DNA of 43,801 nt from Candidatus Zixiibacteriota bacterium (lineage in GTDB: Bacteria; Zixibacteria; MSB-5A5; UBA10806; 4484-95). A program made the translations under genes and the position numbers. The notes under the pieces were generated by a model, which was not told the DNA's origin, did not search any database, and was given only the letters and a program-made list of their open reading frames with translations. Shown one piece after another: positions 27,951 to 36,885 of this stretch (position 1 is its first letter; each line of letters starts with the position of its first letter). The DNA is taken from NCBI GenBank assembly GCA_012517955.1, contig JAAYTW010000051.1:1-43801 (forward strand), given 5' to 3'.

Positions 27951-27976
27951 AAATTGTCCTTGATATGATATTTAAG

Positions 27977-28008
27977 CCCGGCAGAGCCTTTCTGCCGGGT
28001 TTATTTTT
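27977..28008 (+). terminator. Rho-independent terminator after tonB
   Basis: CCCGGCAGA (27977-27985), loop GCCTT, TCTGCCGGG (27991-27999), then TTTATTTTT. Confidence 0.7.
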
Positions 28009-28025
28009 AAATTACAGAAAAGAGA

Positions 28026-28055
28026 TTGCCTTTTTAATCGTTTTGCCCTTAAAAT
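28026..28055 (+). promoter_or_regulatory. Candidate promoter (TTGCCT-18-TAAAAT) giving a leaderless or near-leaderless OMP mRNA
   Basis: TTGCCT at 28026-28031 and TAAAAT at 28050-28055. Only 7 nt separate it from the ATG at 28063. No SD sequence. Confidence 0.35.
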
Positions 28056-28062
28056 TTGTCTA

Positions 28063-28695
28063 ATGAATAGATGGATATTTATCGCGTTCTTGACGGCCCT
28101 GACAGCGTTTCGGATTGTCGGAGCGACCATGCTTGAATTTACTGCCGCCGTAGCCGCCGATTTCCCCACGTATAAAACCTTGCCAGGATTGTCAAATGGT
28201 CTGGGGTGGAGTTTCGGTGTCGGTATAATGCCATTTGAGAGGGGCGGAATCGCTCTGGGGGTAAATTCGACCTGGCATAAATTCGATGCTGATACCGGTC
28301 GGACTCATTTCATCCGCGGCGATTCGCATCGGATGGGAGTATTTATTCAAGGGCAATATCGTTTTTTGAAGGTCGGCGATTATCACTTTCACGCTTATTT
28401 GGCTGCCGTTTATAACAGTATTAACGGCGGAGACGAAAGCGGCGCCTATCTTGAATATGGGGTCAATTCCGAGGATGTCGGCTATTCCGGTTATGGGACT
28501 TTATTAGGTATCGGCGTAAGCCGTAGATTTTCGGAAAATTACTCACTGAATATGTGCGGCAAGTACAATATAGTAAACTATAGTAAGCATCAGTACCCAT
28601 TTTTCATCGATACCGAATATGCAAAAAGCCGCGCCGGAAGTTCTCTGTTGATTAGTTTTGGAATACTATATCAGATAGATTTTGCTGGATTTTAA
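28063..28695 (+). CDS. Outer-membrane beta-barrel protein (small porin/OmpW-size)
   Basis: 210 aa. Has a signal peptide, alternating amphipathic strands, Gly/aromatic-rich composition, and a C-terminal aromatic ...QIDFAGF. Confidence 0.55.
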   Translation: MNRWIFIAFLTALTAFRIVGATMLEFTAAVAADFPTYKTLPGLSNGLGWSFGVGIMPFERGGIALGVNSTWHKFDADTGRTHFIRGDSHRMGVFIQGQYRFLKVGDYHFHAYLAAVYNSINGGDESGAYLEYGVNSEDVGYSGYGTLLGIGVSRRFSENYSLNMCGKYNIVNYSKHQYPFFIDTEYAKSRAGSSLLISFGILYQIDFAGF

Positions 28696-28698
28696 TAG

Positions 28699-28717
28699 AG
28701 CCGAATCGGCTTTTTTT
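28699..28717 (+). terminator. Short rho-independent terminator after the OMP gene
   Basis: AGCCG-AAT-CGGCT stem-loop followed by TTTTTTT. Confidence 0.5.
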
Positions 28718-28800
28718 GAAGCGATTAGATAATCAAGAATTGAAACAATCTCAGGTGGTTTACGTTATAGAATAGAGAAACCATTAACAAAGGAGCTGTT

Positions 28801-29544
28801 TTGGATACTCTCGAAAATACGCAAACGGCGGCGATGGAACAGCCGCAAGAACCCGGTTTCTTTACCAGATTAGTAAATATTTTTATAAGCCCGGCGGAGG
28901 CTATGAAGTCTATCGACCGCGTTCCAACCTGGTTTTGGGCGCTGCTGCTGACAACGATAGTATCGCTGCTTGTGGCTATTGTCGTGATGCCTTTCGCGAT
29001 GCAAATGCAGATTGACATGATACGCAACAATCCGAATATACCGCCTGAACAGGCTCAAATGATAGAACAACAAATGATGCAGGGCGGCACGATGCAGTAT
29101 ATTGGGGCGATTTTCGGCGTCATCATCGGGCTTCCCTTGATTAGCATTATAATCGCGGCGGTATTTTATTTCGTAGGCTCGGTGCTTCTCGGAGGCGACG
29201 CGACTTTCAAAAAGAATTTTTCTATATGGATTTGGGCCAGCTGCATATCATCGCTGGGGGCTCTGATTAAGTTGCCGGTGATGTATATCAAGAAAAACGT
29301 GATGGTCACTTTTTCGCCGGCGTTGTTTTTATCGGGAGATTACATCGGGAAACCGATTTATACTCTATTATCTAATTTCGATTTTTTCGTAATCTGGCAG
29401 CTTGCGGTGTTCGCGATAGGATATTCGATTATTTACAGGTTTAATAAAGCCAAGGCCTTCGTTACGGTCGGGGCCCTCTGGGCGATTTGGATTGTATGCC
29501 ATATCGTTTTTTCCAGCGTTTTCGGCCGTTTCGGCATTATGTAA
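28801..29544 (+). CDS. Yip1-domain-like polytopic membrane protein
   Basis: 247 aa. TTG start 5 nt after AAGGAG. N-terminal GFFTRLVNIFISPAEAMKSI followed by 5 TM helices, which resembles Yip1/DUF1282 architecture. Confidence 0.55.
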   Translation: MDTLENTQTAAMEQPQEPGFFTRLVNIFISPAEAMKSIDRVPTWFWALLLTTIVSLLVAIVVMPFAMQMQIDMIRNNPNIPPEQAQMIEQQMMQGGTMQYIGAIFGVIIGLPLISIIIAAVFYFVGSVLLGGDATFKKNFSIWIWASCISSLGALIKLPVMYIKKNVMVTFSPALFLSGDYIGKPIYTLLSNFDFFVIWQLAVFAIGYSIIYRFNKAKAFVTVGALWAIWIVCHIVFSSVFGRFGIM

Positions 29545-29563
29545 TAGTGGAAGAGGAGATACA

Positions 29564-30838
29564 ATGAAACGTTCAACTATCCTGGGGATAATTGCGTTAA
29601 TATGGGGAATTATGAATTCGGGGGTTTCCGCCGAAGTATATTCGTTGGAAAAATGCGTTGATATCGCGCTTCAACATAACGCCTCGATAGTGACGGCCAA
29701 GAACAGCTATGAGGCTTCGAGATTTTCGGTTTATAACAGTTATGGCCGGCTGTTGCCATCTATATCGATATCGACCAGCCAGACCGAGTACTGGGAGCCG
29801 CGTTACGGCAAATCACAGGGCGCCTCGGGTGGAATTTCGATAAGGGAGACGCTCGGCGGTTTCGGCCTGGCCAATTATCATGATATCAGAGCCAGTCGGG
29901 CGCAAAAGCAATCGAGATACTACAGTTATATAAACACCAAGCAAGCTGTTGTTTTGGCCGTCAAGGAAGCTTATTTCAATTTAATCAAGGCCGATATGCT
30001 GGTCGAGGTGGCGAATGACGCTCTAAAAAGGGGAGAGGAACAACTTAAAGTCGCCCAGAGCCGTTACGATTTGGGTTCGGCCGCTCTTTCAGATGTTTTA
30101 AAAGCCAAAGTGTTGAGAAGCAACGCCAGGTTAGATTTAATCACGGCCCAAAATAATTACAACTTGGCCAAGGCCAATCTGAATTCGGTAATGGGAATCG
30201 ATATTGCTCGCGAATTCGAGGTCGCTCACGATTTACCATCCGAAACATTCGATATTACTTATGATGAAGCGCTGAATCAAGCCCTGAACCATAACGCGTC
30301 TTATAAAAAATCATCTTATGACCTGGCGGCCGCCAAGTCGGAGCTGGGCGCCGCCCGCACCAATTTTCTTCCCGATTTTTCGTTTAGTGTAAACTATGGC
30401 ACAGCCGCCGATAAATACTTTGACCTGTTTAAAAACGATTACATGGCCTCCAACGCCACTCGAAGCGTCGGGTTTTCGGTTTCATATAATATTTTCAACA
30501 ATCTTGGCGATTTAACATCGCTGGTGGCGGCCAAGAAAAACCTCAATTCCGCTAAATCTGTCTACGAGAACGGCCGCAACGACGTGGTGCTGGAAGTAAA
30601 GCAGGCGTATCTTGATGTTCAACAGAATAAAGAAAAGTTGACGGTTAATGACGAATCGGTGGCCGCCGCTCAGGAAGATTTGAATATAGTTCGCGAAAAA
30701 TACAATCTTGGGGCGGCGACAATAATCGAAGTCCTCGATGCCGAGGTTTCGTTTAAGACGGCTCAAACCAATAAGGTCCAGGCGCTGTTTGATTACAATC
30801 TGGCGATTTCCCGTCTGGAAAAAGCTATGGGCAAATAG
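29564..30838 (+). CDS. TolC-family outer-membrane efflux protein
   Basis: Track ORF 29492..30838 trimmed to ATG 29564, which follows GAGGAG. Signal peptide. Two OEP repeats with coiled-coil segments (AQSRYDLGSAALSDVL and VREKYNLGAATIIEVL). Confidence 0.85.
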   Translation: MKRSTILGIIALIWGIMNSGVSAEVYSLEKCVDIALQHNASIVTAKNSYEASRFSVYNSYGRLLPSISISTSQTEYWEPRYGKSQGASGGISIRETLGGFGLANYHDIRASRAQKQSRYYSYINTKQAVVLAVKEAYFNLIKADMLVEVANDALKRGEEQLKVAQSRYDLGSAALSDVLKAKVLRSNARLDLITAQNNYNLAKANLNSVMGIDIAREFEVAHDLPSETFDITYDEALNQALNHNASYKKSSYDLAAAKSELGAARTNFLPDFSFSVNYGTAADKYFDLFKNDYMASNATRSVGFSVSYNIFNNLGDLTSLVAAKKNLNSAKSVYENGRNDVVLEVKQAYLDVQQNKEKLTVNDESVAAAQEDLNIVREKYNLGAATIIEVLDAEVSFKTAQTNKVQALFDYNLAISRLEKAMGK

Positions 30839-30845
30839 GTGAATA

Positions 30846-32102
30846 ATGACTAAGAAAAAAAGACTGCTTCTCATAATCGGAGCCGCTGTTATCCTGATTG
30901 GACTGATTACGGCCGCTTTGCTGACAAATCAGGAGAAAATGATACCGGTTACGATTGAGAAGGTGGAAAATGGCAAAATCGTTTCCATAGTTACCGCCAA
31001 CGGCAAGGTCGAGGCTAAAACAAACGTGAACATCTCATCCGATGTCATGGGGAAAATCATCGAAATTCCGGTAGTCGAGGGACAGAACGTTAAAAAAGGC
31101 CAGTTGCTGGTGGCAATTGATAAAACCCAGAGCGTTTCCGAAGTTGACCAAATGAAAGCCCTTCTGGCGGCGGCCGAGGCCGATCGTGAACAGGCCCGTA
31201 TCAATTTCGATCGTCAAGCGGCGCTATTTGAACGCAAACTTATTTCGCAATATGAATACGATGTCGCCAAGAATACGCTCGATAGGGCGATTCAGGCTGT
31301 TAATCAATATCGCGCCTCTCTCGAAATCGCCAAAGACCAACTGAGTAAATTTACGATAAGGGCGCCCATCGATGGTACAATCACCGATTTGATTTCCAAA
31401 GTCGGCGAAAATGTTCTTATCGGCACGATGAATAATGCGGGCACGGTGATAATGGTTTTATCCGACCTATCGGAAATCGTGGTAAAAGCCGACGTTGATG
31501 AAACCGATATCGCCTCGCTGGCTATCGGCCAGGATGTTGAAATCAGCCTTGACGCCTTTCCGGATACGACTTTCAAAGGCAAGGTGACCGAAATCGGAAA
31601 TGCGGCCAAAACCAGTGCCTATGGAGTACAGGATCAAGTCACCAATTTCGAGGTCACGATTTTGATAACGGATTCGGTTCCGGGGATAAAGCCCGGTATG
31701 AATGCATCGGTAGATATAACGACCAATATCCGCGAAAACGTTCTGAAAATCCCGATTCAGGCTGTCGTGATGCGCGCTCCCGAAGATACTATTAAAGGGG
31801 CGATGGTCAAAGCTTTTAAGCCGGTGGCGGAGGATGAAAAAGATAAACCGCTCAATTCAAAAGTTAAAAAAAGCAGCAGCAAAGATGAAATGGAAGGGGT
31901 GTTCGTGGTCGAGAAAAATGTCGCGAGGTTCGTTCCAATAAAAACAGGCATTTCCGACCAACAATATATCGAGGTGGTCAACGGACTTTCCGAAAATCAA
32001 GAGATTGTAACGGGATCTTTCAAGACTCTTCGCACTTTAAAGCAAGGCGATAAAGTCAAAGCTAAACCCAAGACATCATTTGATATAAAAGAAAAAGATT
32101 GA
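30846..32102 (+). CDS. MacA/HlyD-type periplasmic adaptor (membrane fusion protein)
   Basis: 418 aa. N-terminal TM, lipoyl/barrel-sandwich segments (IRAPIDGTITDL), a coiled-coil hairpin and a beta-barrel. Confidence 0.85.
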   Translation: MTKKKRLLLIIGAAVILIGLITAALLTNQEKMIPVTIEKVENGKIVSIVTANGKVEAKTNVNISSDVMGKIIEIPVVEGQNVKKGQLLVAIDKTQSVSEVDQMKALLAAAEADREQARINFDRQAALFERKLISQYEYDVAKNTLDRAIQAVNQYRASLEIAKDQLSKFTIRAPIDGTITDLISKVGENVLIGTMNNAGTVIMVLSDLSEIVVKADVDETDIASLAIGQDVEISLDAFPDTTFKGKVTEIGNAAKTSAYGVQDQVTNFEVTILITDSVPGIKPGMNASVDITTNIRENVLKIPIQAVVMRAPEDTIKGAMVKAFKPVAEDEKDKPLNSKVKKSSSKDEMEGVFVVEKNVARFVPIKTGISDQQYIEVVNGLSENQEIVTGSFKTLRTLKQGDKVKAKPKTSFDIKEKD

Positions 32103-32120
32103 CAAGCGCGCATCGATATT

Positions 32121-32825
32121 ATGGACAACAATATTCTGATTGAAACCAAAGGCATCTGGAAAACCTATCAGGTGGGCGCGGAAACCGTACACGCTTTAAG
32201 CGGAGTCGATTTGACCGTCAGGCGCGGGGAATATATGGCGATAATGGGCCCTTCGGGCTCGGGGAAATCGACCTTGATGAATCTTATTGGATGTCTGGAC
32301 ACTCCCTCGCGGGGTGAGTATCGCTTGAACGGACGGCTGGTGTCTTCGATGAACGATGATGAACTGGCGCTTATTCGAAATAAAGAAATCGGATTCGTGT
32401 TTCAGACATTTAACCTTTTGGCGCGTGCCAGCGCGCTTCATAACGTGGAGTTGCCGCTGATATATAACGGTACTCCGGCGGATGAACGTCTGGAACGAGC
32501 CAAAGAAGTGCTTGCCAAAGTCGGTCTTGGTGACAGGATGAATCACAAGCCCAATGAGTTGTCGGGAGGTCAGCGTCAGAAGGTGGCGATTGCCCGCGCT
32601 CTCATCAACAATCCATCGTTGATTTTAGCGGATGAGCCAACCGGCAACCTCGATTCAAAATCGGGAAGCGATATATTAAGCCTTCTCACCGAAATCAATA
32701 AAGGCGGCAACACGATTATAGTTGTTACCCATGAACGCGAGATAGCCGCCTGCACCCGCAGAATTGTCTATATCAGGGACGGACGAATAGAAAAAGAAGA
32801 ACAGCTGGCCAAAGCCGGAGCATGA
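32121..32825 (+). CDS. MacB/LolD-type ABC ATP-binding protein
   Basis: Walker [10 protein letters not shown], signature LSGGQRQK, Walker [13 protein letters not shown]. Confidence 0.9.
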   Translation: MDNNILIETKGIWKTYQVGAETVHALSGVDLTVRRGEYMAIMGPSGSGKSTLMNLIGCLDTPSRGEYRLNGRLVSSMNDDELALIRNKEIGFVFQTFNLLARASALHNVELPLIYNGTPADERLERAKEVLAKVGLGDRMNHKPNELSGGQRQKVAIARALINNPSLILADEPTGNLDSKSGSDILSLLTEINKGGNTIIVVTHEREIAACTRRIVYIRDGRIEKEEQLAKAGA

Positions 32826-32826
32826 A

Positions 32827-34071
32827 ATGTCGGTGAAATTATCGGGCCTGTATAACCAATTTTATGAAGGCGTTGTTATCGCCTTGCGCGCGATTATAAC
32901 CAATAAACTCCGGGCGGTTCTTACTCTGATTGGAATAGTTATCGGCGTAGCCACCGTTATCGCTGTGGTGAGTGTTATCAATGGTATGAATAACTATATC
33001 GCGGCCAAAATCAACACCCTGGGGCCGGCGACGTTTGTCATCGATAGATTCGGAATAATAACCAGCGATGAAGACTGGCATAAAGCCTCCCGCCGCAAAA
33101 AATTAACTCTTGAAGATATGGAGGCCATAAAACGCTATTGTTCTTTATGCGAGGATGTCGGCGCTAATTCGTCAACTATCGGCAAAGTAAAATATGGCTC
33201 ACAGTATTTGGAAGATGTTTATATAATCGGAGCGACGCCTAACGTTATCGATATTACTGATATCGATGTTGCTTATGGGCGGTCTTTCAACGAGTCCGAC
33301 AACGAGCAACGTCGGGCGGTTTGCATGATTGGTCCCGACATCGCCGATATGCTGTATCCCGGACGCGACCCTATCGATAAAATCATTAAAGTCGATAACT
33401 ACTATTTGAAAATAGTCGGTGTTGGGACCCGCAGAGGTTCGTTTTTGGGGCAGAATCAAGACCTCTGGGTGGTAATTCCGCTTAATACTTTCGGAAAATA
33501 TTTCGGCAAGCGGCTCGATTTAGAATTGAATATCAAAGCCGTTTCGGTGGCGGCGCTTGAGGAGGCCCAGGATCAGGCGAGAGTGATTCTTCGGAACCGT
33601 CGCGGCGATAAATATAAAGACCCCGATAGTTTCGGCATGATGACGGCCGCCTCATTGATGAAACTGTATAATGACTTGGTGTCGACCGCGTGGATAGTGT
33701 TGGTTGGAGTTTCCAGCATTTCATTGGTGGTCGGCGGAATTGTAATCATGAATATCATGCTCGTTTCGGTTACCGAAAGGACCCGCGAAATCGGGATTAG
33801 AAAAGCTTTGGGGGCGAGACGAAAAGATATACTCTGGCAGTTTTTGGTCGAGTCCATTACGCTGTCTATTTTGGGTGGAGCTGTCGGGGTCGGATTGGGG
33901 TGCGGATTAGCGCTTCTGGTAAAGAATATCTCGCCTTTGCCGGCCGCGGTTGAGACTTGGTCGGTCATGACGGGTTTGTTTATCGCGACGTTCGTGGGGA
34001 TTTTTTTCGGGATATTTCCGGCGATGAGAGCCGCTAAACTGGATCCGGTGGAATGCTTGCGCTATGAGTAA
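32827..34071 (+). CDS. MacB/FtsX-type ABC permease with periplasmic MacB_PCD-like domain
   Basis: 414 aa. TM1, a roughly 230-aa periplasmic domain, then the FtsX 3-TM module with IMLVSVTERTREIGIRKALGA. Confidence 0.85.
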   Translation: MSVKLSGLYNQFYEGVVIALRAIITNKLRAVLTLIGIVIGVATVIAVVSVINGMNNYIAAKINTLGPATFVIDRFGIITSDEDWHKASRRKKLTLEDMEAIKRYCSLCEDVGANSSTIGKVKYGSQYLEDVYIIGATPNVIDITDIDVAYGRSFNESDNEQRRAVCMIGPDIADMLYPGRDPIDKIIKVDNYYLKIVGVGTRRGSFLGQNQDLWVVIPLNTFGKYFGKRLDLELNIKAVSVAALEEAQDQARVILRNRRGDKYKDPDSFGMMTAASLMKLYNDLVSTAWIVLVGVSSISLVVGGIVIMNIMLVSVTERTREIGIRKALGARRKDILWQFLVESITLSILGGAVGVGLGCGLALLVKNISPLPAAVETWSVMTGLFIATFVGIFFGIFPAMRAAKLDPVECLRYE

Positions 34072-35479
34072 ATTAGCATTTATATCGGCCCGCTTATTGA
34101 TAGCGATTCTTGTTCTTCTGATTGCGGTCGGCATAATATTCACCGGCGACGGAAATCGTATCGTCTTGATTGTCCTCGAATCGGCAATTCTTGCGGTTCT
34201 GTTATTCAATAAGCGTATTCGGGGCAGCCGCGCGGCCAAGCATTTCGTTGAATATAAAGAAAGCATGATAATGGCGATTGGAACGTTCAAGGCGCATAAG
34301 CTTCGTTCGTTTTTAACGATTCTCGGTGTGCTTATCGGTGTCTCATCTATAATTGGGATGGTGTCGTTGATTGAAGGGCTAAACGGTTCTATTAGGAATC
34401 AAATAGAAAGCCTCGGTTCAAACGTTATTTATGTAAGTAAATATAAACCCGGCGTTGTTATGGGAAATCGTGGCTCATCGGAGCGCAACAGGCCGGCAAT
34501 CGTGTTTGAGGATGCCCTGGCGATTAAACGTTATTGCCCGGATGTTGACGGAGTGGCGCCTCAAAATTATTACCGTAAACCGGGCGGCAATATCGTAAAG
34601 TTCAGAGACAATCAAGCTCGTAATCCGGCATTTTTCGGGACGCTGCCCGATTACGAAGAAGTTAATAATTTTTATGTCGCCCGCGGTCGTTTCATAAACT
34701 ACAACGATGAAAAATACCGCGCGTTTGTATGTGTAATTGGGGCCGACATGGTGGACGCGATATTTCCCGGAATCGACCCGCTTGAGAAAGAAATTACCAT
34801 TAATGGCGACCGGTTTACGGTCGTTGGCGTGATGGAAAAACGAGAGACCGTGATGGGATCCAATGAAAATAACTTTGTTTTGATTCCTTATAATACCTTC
34901 AAGAAAATCCATCCGGAAGAAAAAGAGCTCTGGTTATCGGTTAAGGCCAGAAGCCCCGCTGTCCTTCAAGACGCAATCGACCAGATAACCGACTTGATGC
35001 GCCGCCGCCACGGCTTGAAATATACGCAGGAGGACGACTTCGCGGTATTCACCCAGGAGAGCCTACTGGAAATCTGGAAATCGTTGACGCAAGCGGTCTG
35101 GTTGGTGATGATTGTCATATCTTCGATTGGTCTTCTGGTCGGCGGTGTCGGGGTGATGAATATAATGCTCGTTTCGGTAACCGAAAGAACCAGGGAAATC
35201 GGTATCCGCAAGGCGGTTGGAGCAAAGCGTTCGACAATTTTGTGGCAATTTCTGGTTGAAGCCGCGACGCTTTCGGGAATAGGCGGGGTTATGGGCATAA
35301 TCGTGGGCATTTTAATATCGCAGTTTATCGCTCTGGTATCGCCTTTACCGGCAGTGATTTCGATTCCCTGGGTAATAATTGGCTTTTGTTTTTCGGTGGC
35401 GGTCGCTATAATATTCGGGTTGTATCCAGCGGCGCGCGCTTCGCGCCTTGACCCGATCGAGGCTTTGCGTTATGAGTAG
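34064..35479 (+). CDS. MacB/FtsX-type ABC permease (paralog) with possible 2-TM N-terminal extension
   Basis: 471 aa from ATG 34064, overlapping the previous stop by 8 nt. Same architecture as the previous gene (IMLVSVTERTREIGIRKAVGA). Alternative internal starts at 34265 or 34271 would remove the extension. Confidence 0.8.
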   Translation: MSKLAFISARLLIAILVLLIAVGIIFTGDGNRIVLIVLESAILAVLLFNKRIRGSRAAKHFVEYKESMIMAIGTFKAHKLRSFLTILGVLIGVSSIIGMVSLIEGLNGSIRNQIESLGSNVIYVSKYKPGVVMGNRGSSERNRPAIVFEDALAIKRYCPDVDGVAPQNYYRKPGGNIVKFRDNQARNPAFFGTLPDYEEVNNFYVARGRFINYNDEKYRAFVCVIGADMVDAIFPGIDPLEKEITINGDRFTVVGVMEKRETVMGSNENNFVLIPYNTFKKIHPEEKELWLSVKARSPAVLQDAIDQITDLMRRRHGLKYTQEDDFAVFTQESLLEIWKSLTQAVWLVMIVISSIGLLVGGVGVMNIMLVSVTERTREIGIRKAVGAKRSTILWQFLVEAATLSGIGGVMGIIVGILISQFIALVSPLPAVISIPWVIIGFCFSVAVAIIFGLYPAARASRLDPIEALRYE

Positions 35480-35550
35480 AAACCAAAATCGCGCTCGATT
35501 TGTTAAGAAATCGGTAATCATGAAACCGACCAAGCCGAAAGAGTAAGAAA

Positions 35551-36867
35551 ATGAAAAATATCCCAATCGTCATTATTCTAATTTTGATGTGGGGCGTAGC
35601 CTGGGGTCAAGCCGACGATTTTAATTCGGGCAAATTTTATGTCGATTTCGCGTCGTTCAAATCGGATACGCCCGGCTTGAACCAATTCGAAGTTTATTAT
35701 CAGGTATTCACATCCGGCCTGCTGTATATTCATCAAAAAGATGAATATATGGCTCATTATTCTATAGGAGTCGTCATAAAAAAATCGGGCAAGCAGGTTA
35801 CCGCTTCCGAAAAAGAAGAGTTTATACGGGAGTTGTCTTACGAAAAGACGACCGGCGAAAAGGATTTTGTTATTAACAGTTTCAAGTTCAAACTCCCGCC
35901 GGGAAAATATGAATTGAATATCTCCCTGCATGATCTTAATTCCGATGATGTTATCCCGCTAAAAGCGCCGTTTACCATTCCCGATTACGAAAAGGAGTTG
36001 TCGACGTTTTCGCAAATACTATATGCTCGAAAGGTTGAGTCACTTCCATCCGATTCCGCGACAGCCGATACTCTACGCGATAAGACAGTCCGCAATTTCG
36101 CCAAACGCGATTGGCTTGTAATACCGTCCTGTTCCCGTAATTACGGCGATGAAGCGACCCAGCTGAAATTTTATTACGAATTTTATAGTCTGAAACCCAT
36201 GGCGGATTCTAACGTTGTTGTTTATGAAATAATAGATAAACGAGACAATACGGTGGCCGCCGATACGGTCGCCTTGTTTTTGAACATGAAAACGTCGATG
36301 ATTGGAACGTTATCGCTTGAACATATGCGACCCGGCCAATATGAGCTAAGAATAACCGCTTATGACTCTGCTCATAAAAAACTGGCCGTGTCGAAATCTT
36401 CGTTCAGCGTGGTCTGGTCGGCGTTGGCTTTGGTTCAAAATGATTTCGAGACGGCAATTGAGCAACTGCGCTACGCGGCTAATAATGAACAGCTGAATAA
36501 GATAAAAAAAGCGCCCGAAAAGGACCGGATAAAGGCTTGGAATGAATTCTGGAAATCGAAAGATCCGACTCCCAACACCGAGGAAAACGAGGTCAAAGAT
36601 GAATATTATCGTCGGATTGCGTACGCCAACAAGCATTTCTCGTTCATGAACAAGGAGGGTTGGAGGTCGGATTTCGGCATGATATATATTATCTATGGTG
36701 AACCGGATGAAATCGAACGCCATCCATATGATAGAGAAAGCCGTCCGTACGAGATATGGTACTATTATAATCCGCGCCGCACGTTCTTATTTGTTGATTC
36801 GGGGGGATACGGCGAATATATTTTACAGTATCCCTATGATGGCGACGTTAATAAAAACAGGTATTGA
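35551..36867 (+). CDS. Exported GWxTD-domain protein (unknown function)
   Basis: 438 aa. Signal peptide MKNIPIVIILILMWGVAWG. C-terminal motif EGWRSDFGMIYIIYGEPDEIE (GWxTD-type, nt 36658-36672). Two N-terminal beta-sandwich-like modules ending PGKYELNISLHD and PGQYELRITAYD. Confidence 0.8.
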   Translation: MKNIPIVIILILMWGVAWGQADDFNSGKFYVDFASFKSDTPGLNQFEVYYQVFTSGLLYIHQKDEYMAHYSIGVVIKKSGKQVTASEKEEFIRELSYEKTTGEKDFVINSFKFKLPPGKYELNISLHDLNSDDVIPLKAPFTIPDYEKELSTFSQILYARKVESLPSDSATADTLRDKTVRNFAKRDWLVIPSCSRNYGDEATQLKFYYEFYSLKPMADSNVVVYEIIDKRDNTVAADTVALFLNMKTSMIGTLSLEHMRPGQYELRITAYDSAHKKLAVSKSSFSVVWSALALVQNDFETAIEQLRYAANNEQLNKIKKAPEKDRIKAWNEFWKSKDPTPNTEENEVKDEYYRRIAYANKHFSFMNKEGWRSDFGMIYIIYGEPDEIERHPYDRESRPYEIWYYYNPRRTFLFVDSGGYGEYILQYPYDGDVNKNRY

Positions 36868-36885
36868 GCGGAAAGGGAAATTTTA

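Noticed and set aside
35480-35550. An 8-codon mini-ORF (MKPTKPKE) in the 71-nt gap before the first GWxTD gene.
   Set aside because: It is too short, has no RBS and has no supporting feature. It is most likely a chance ORF.
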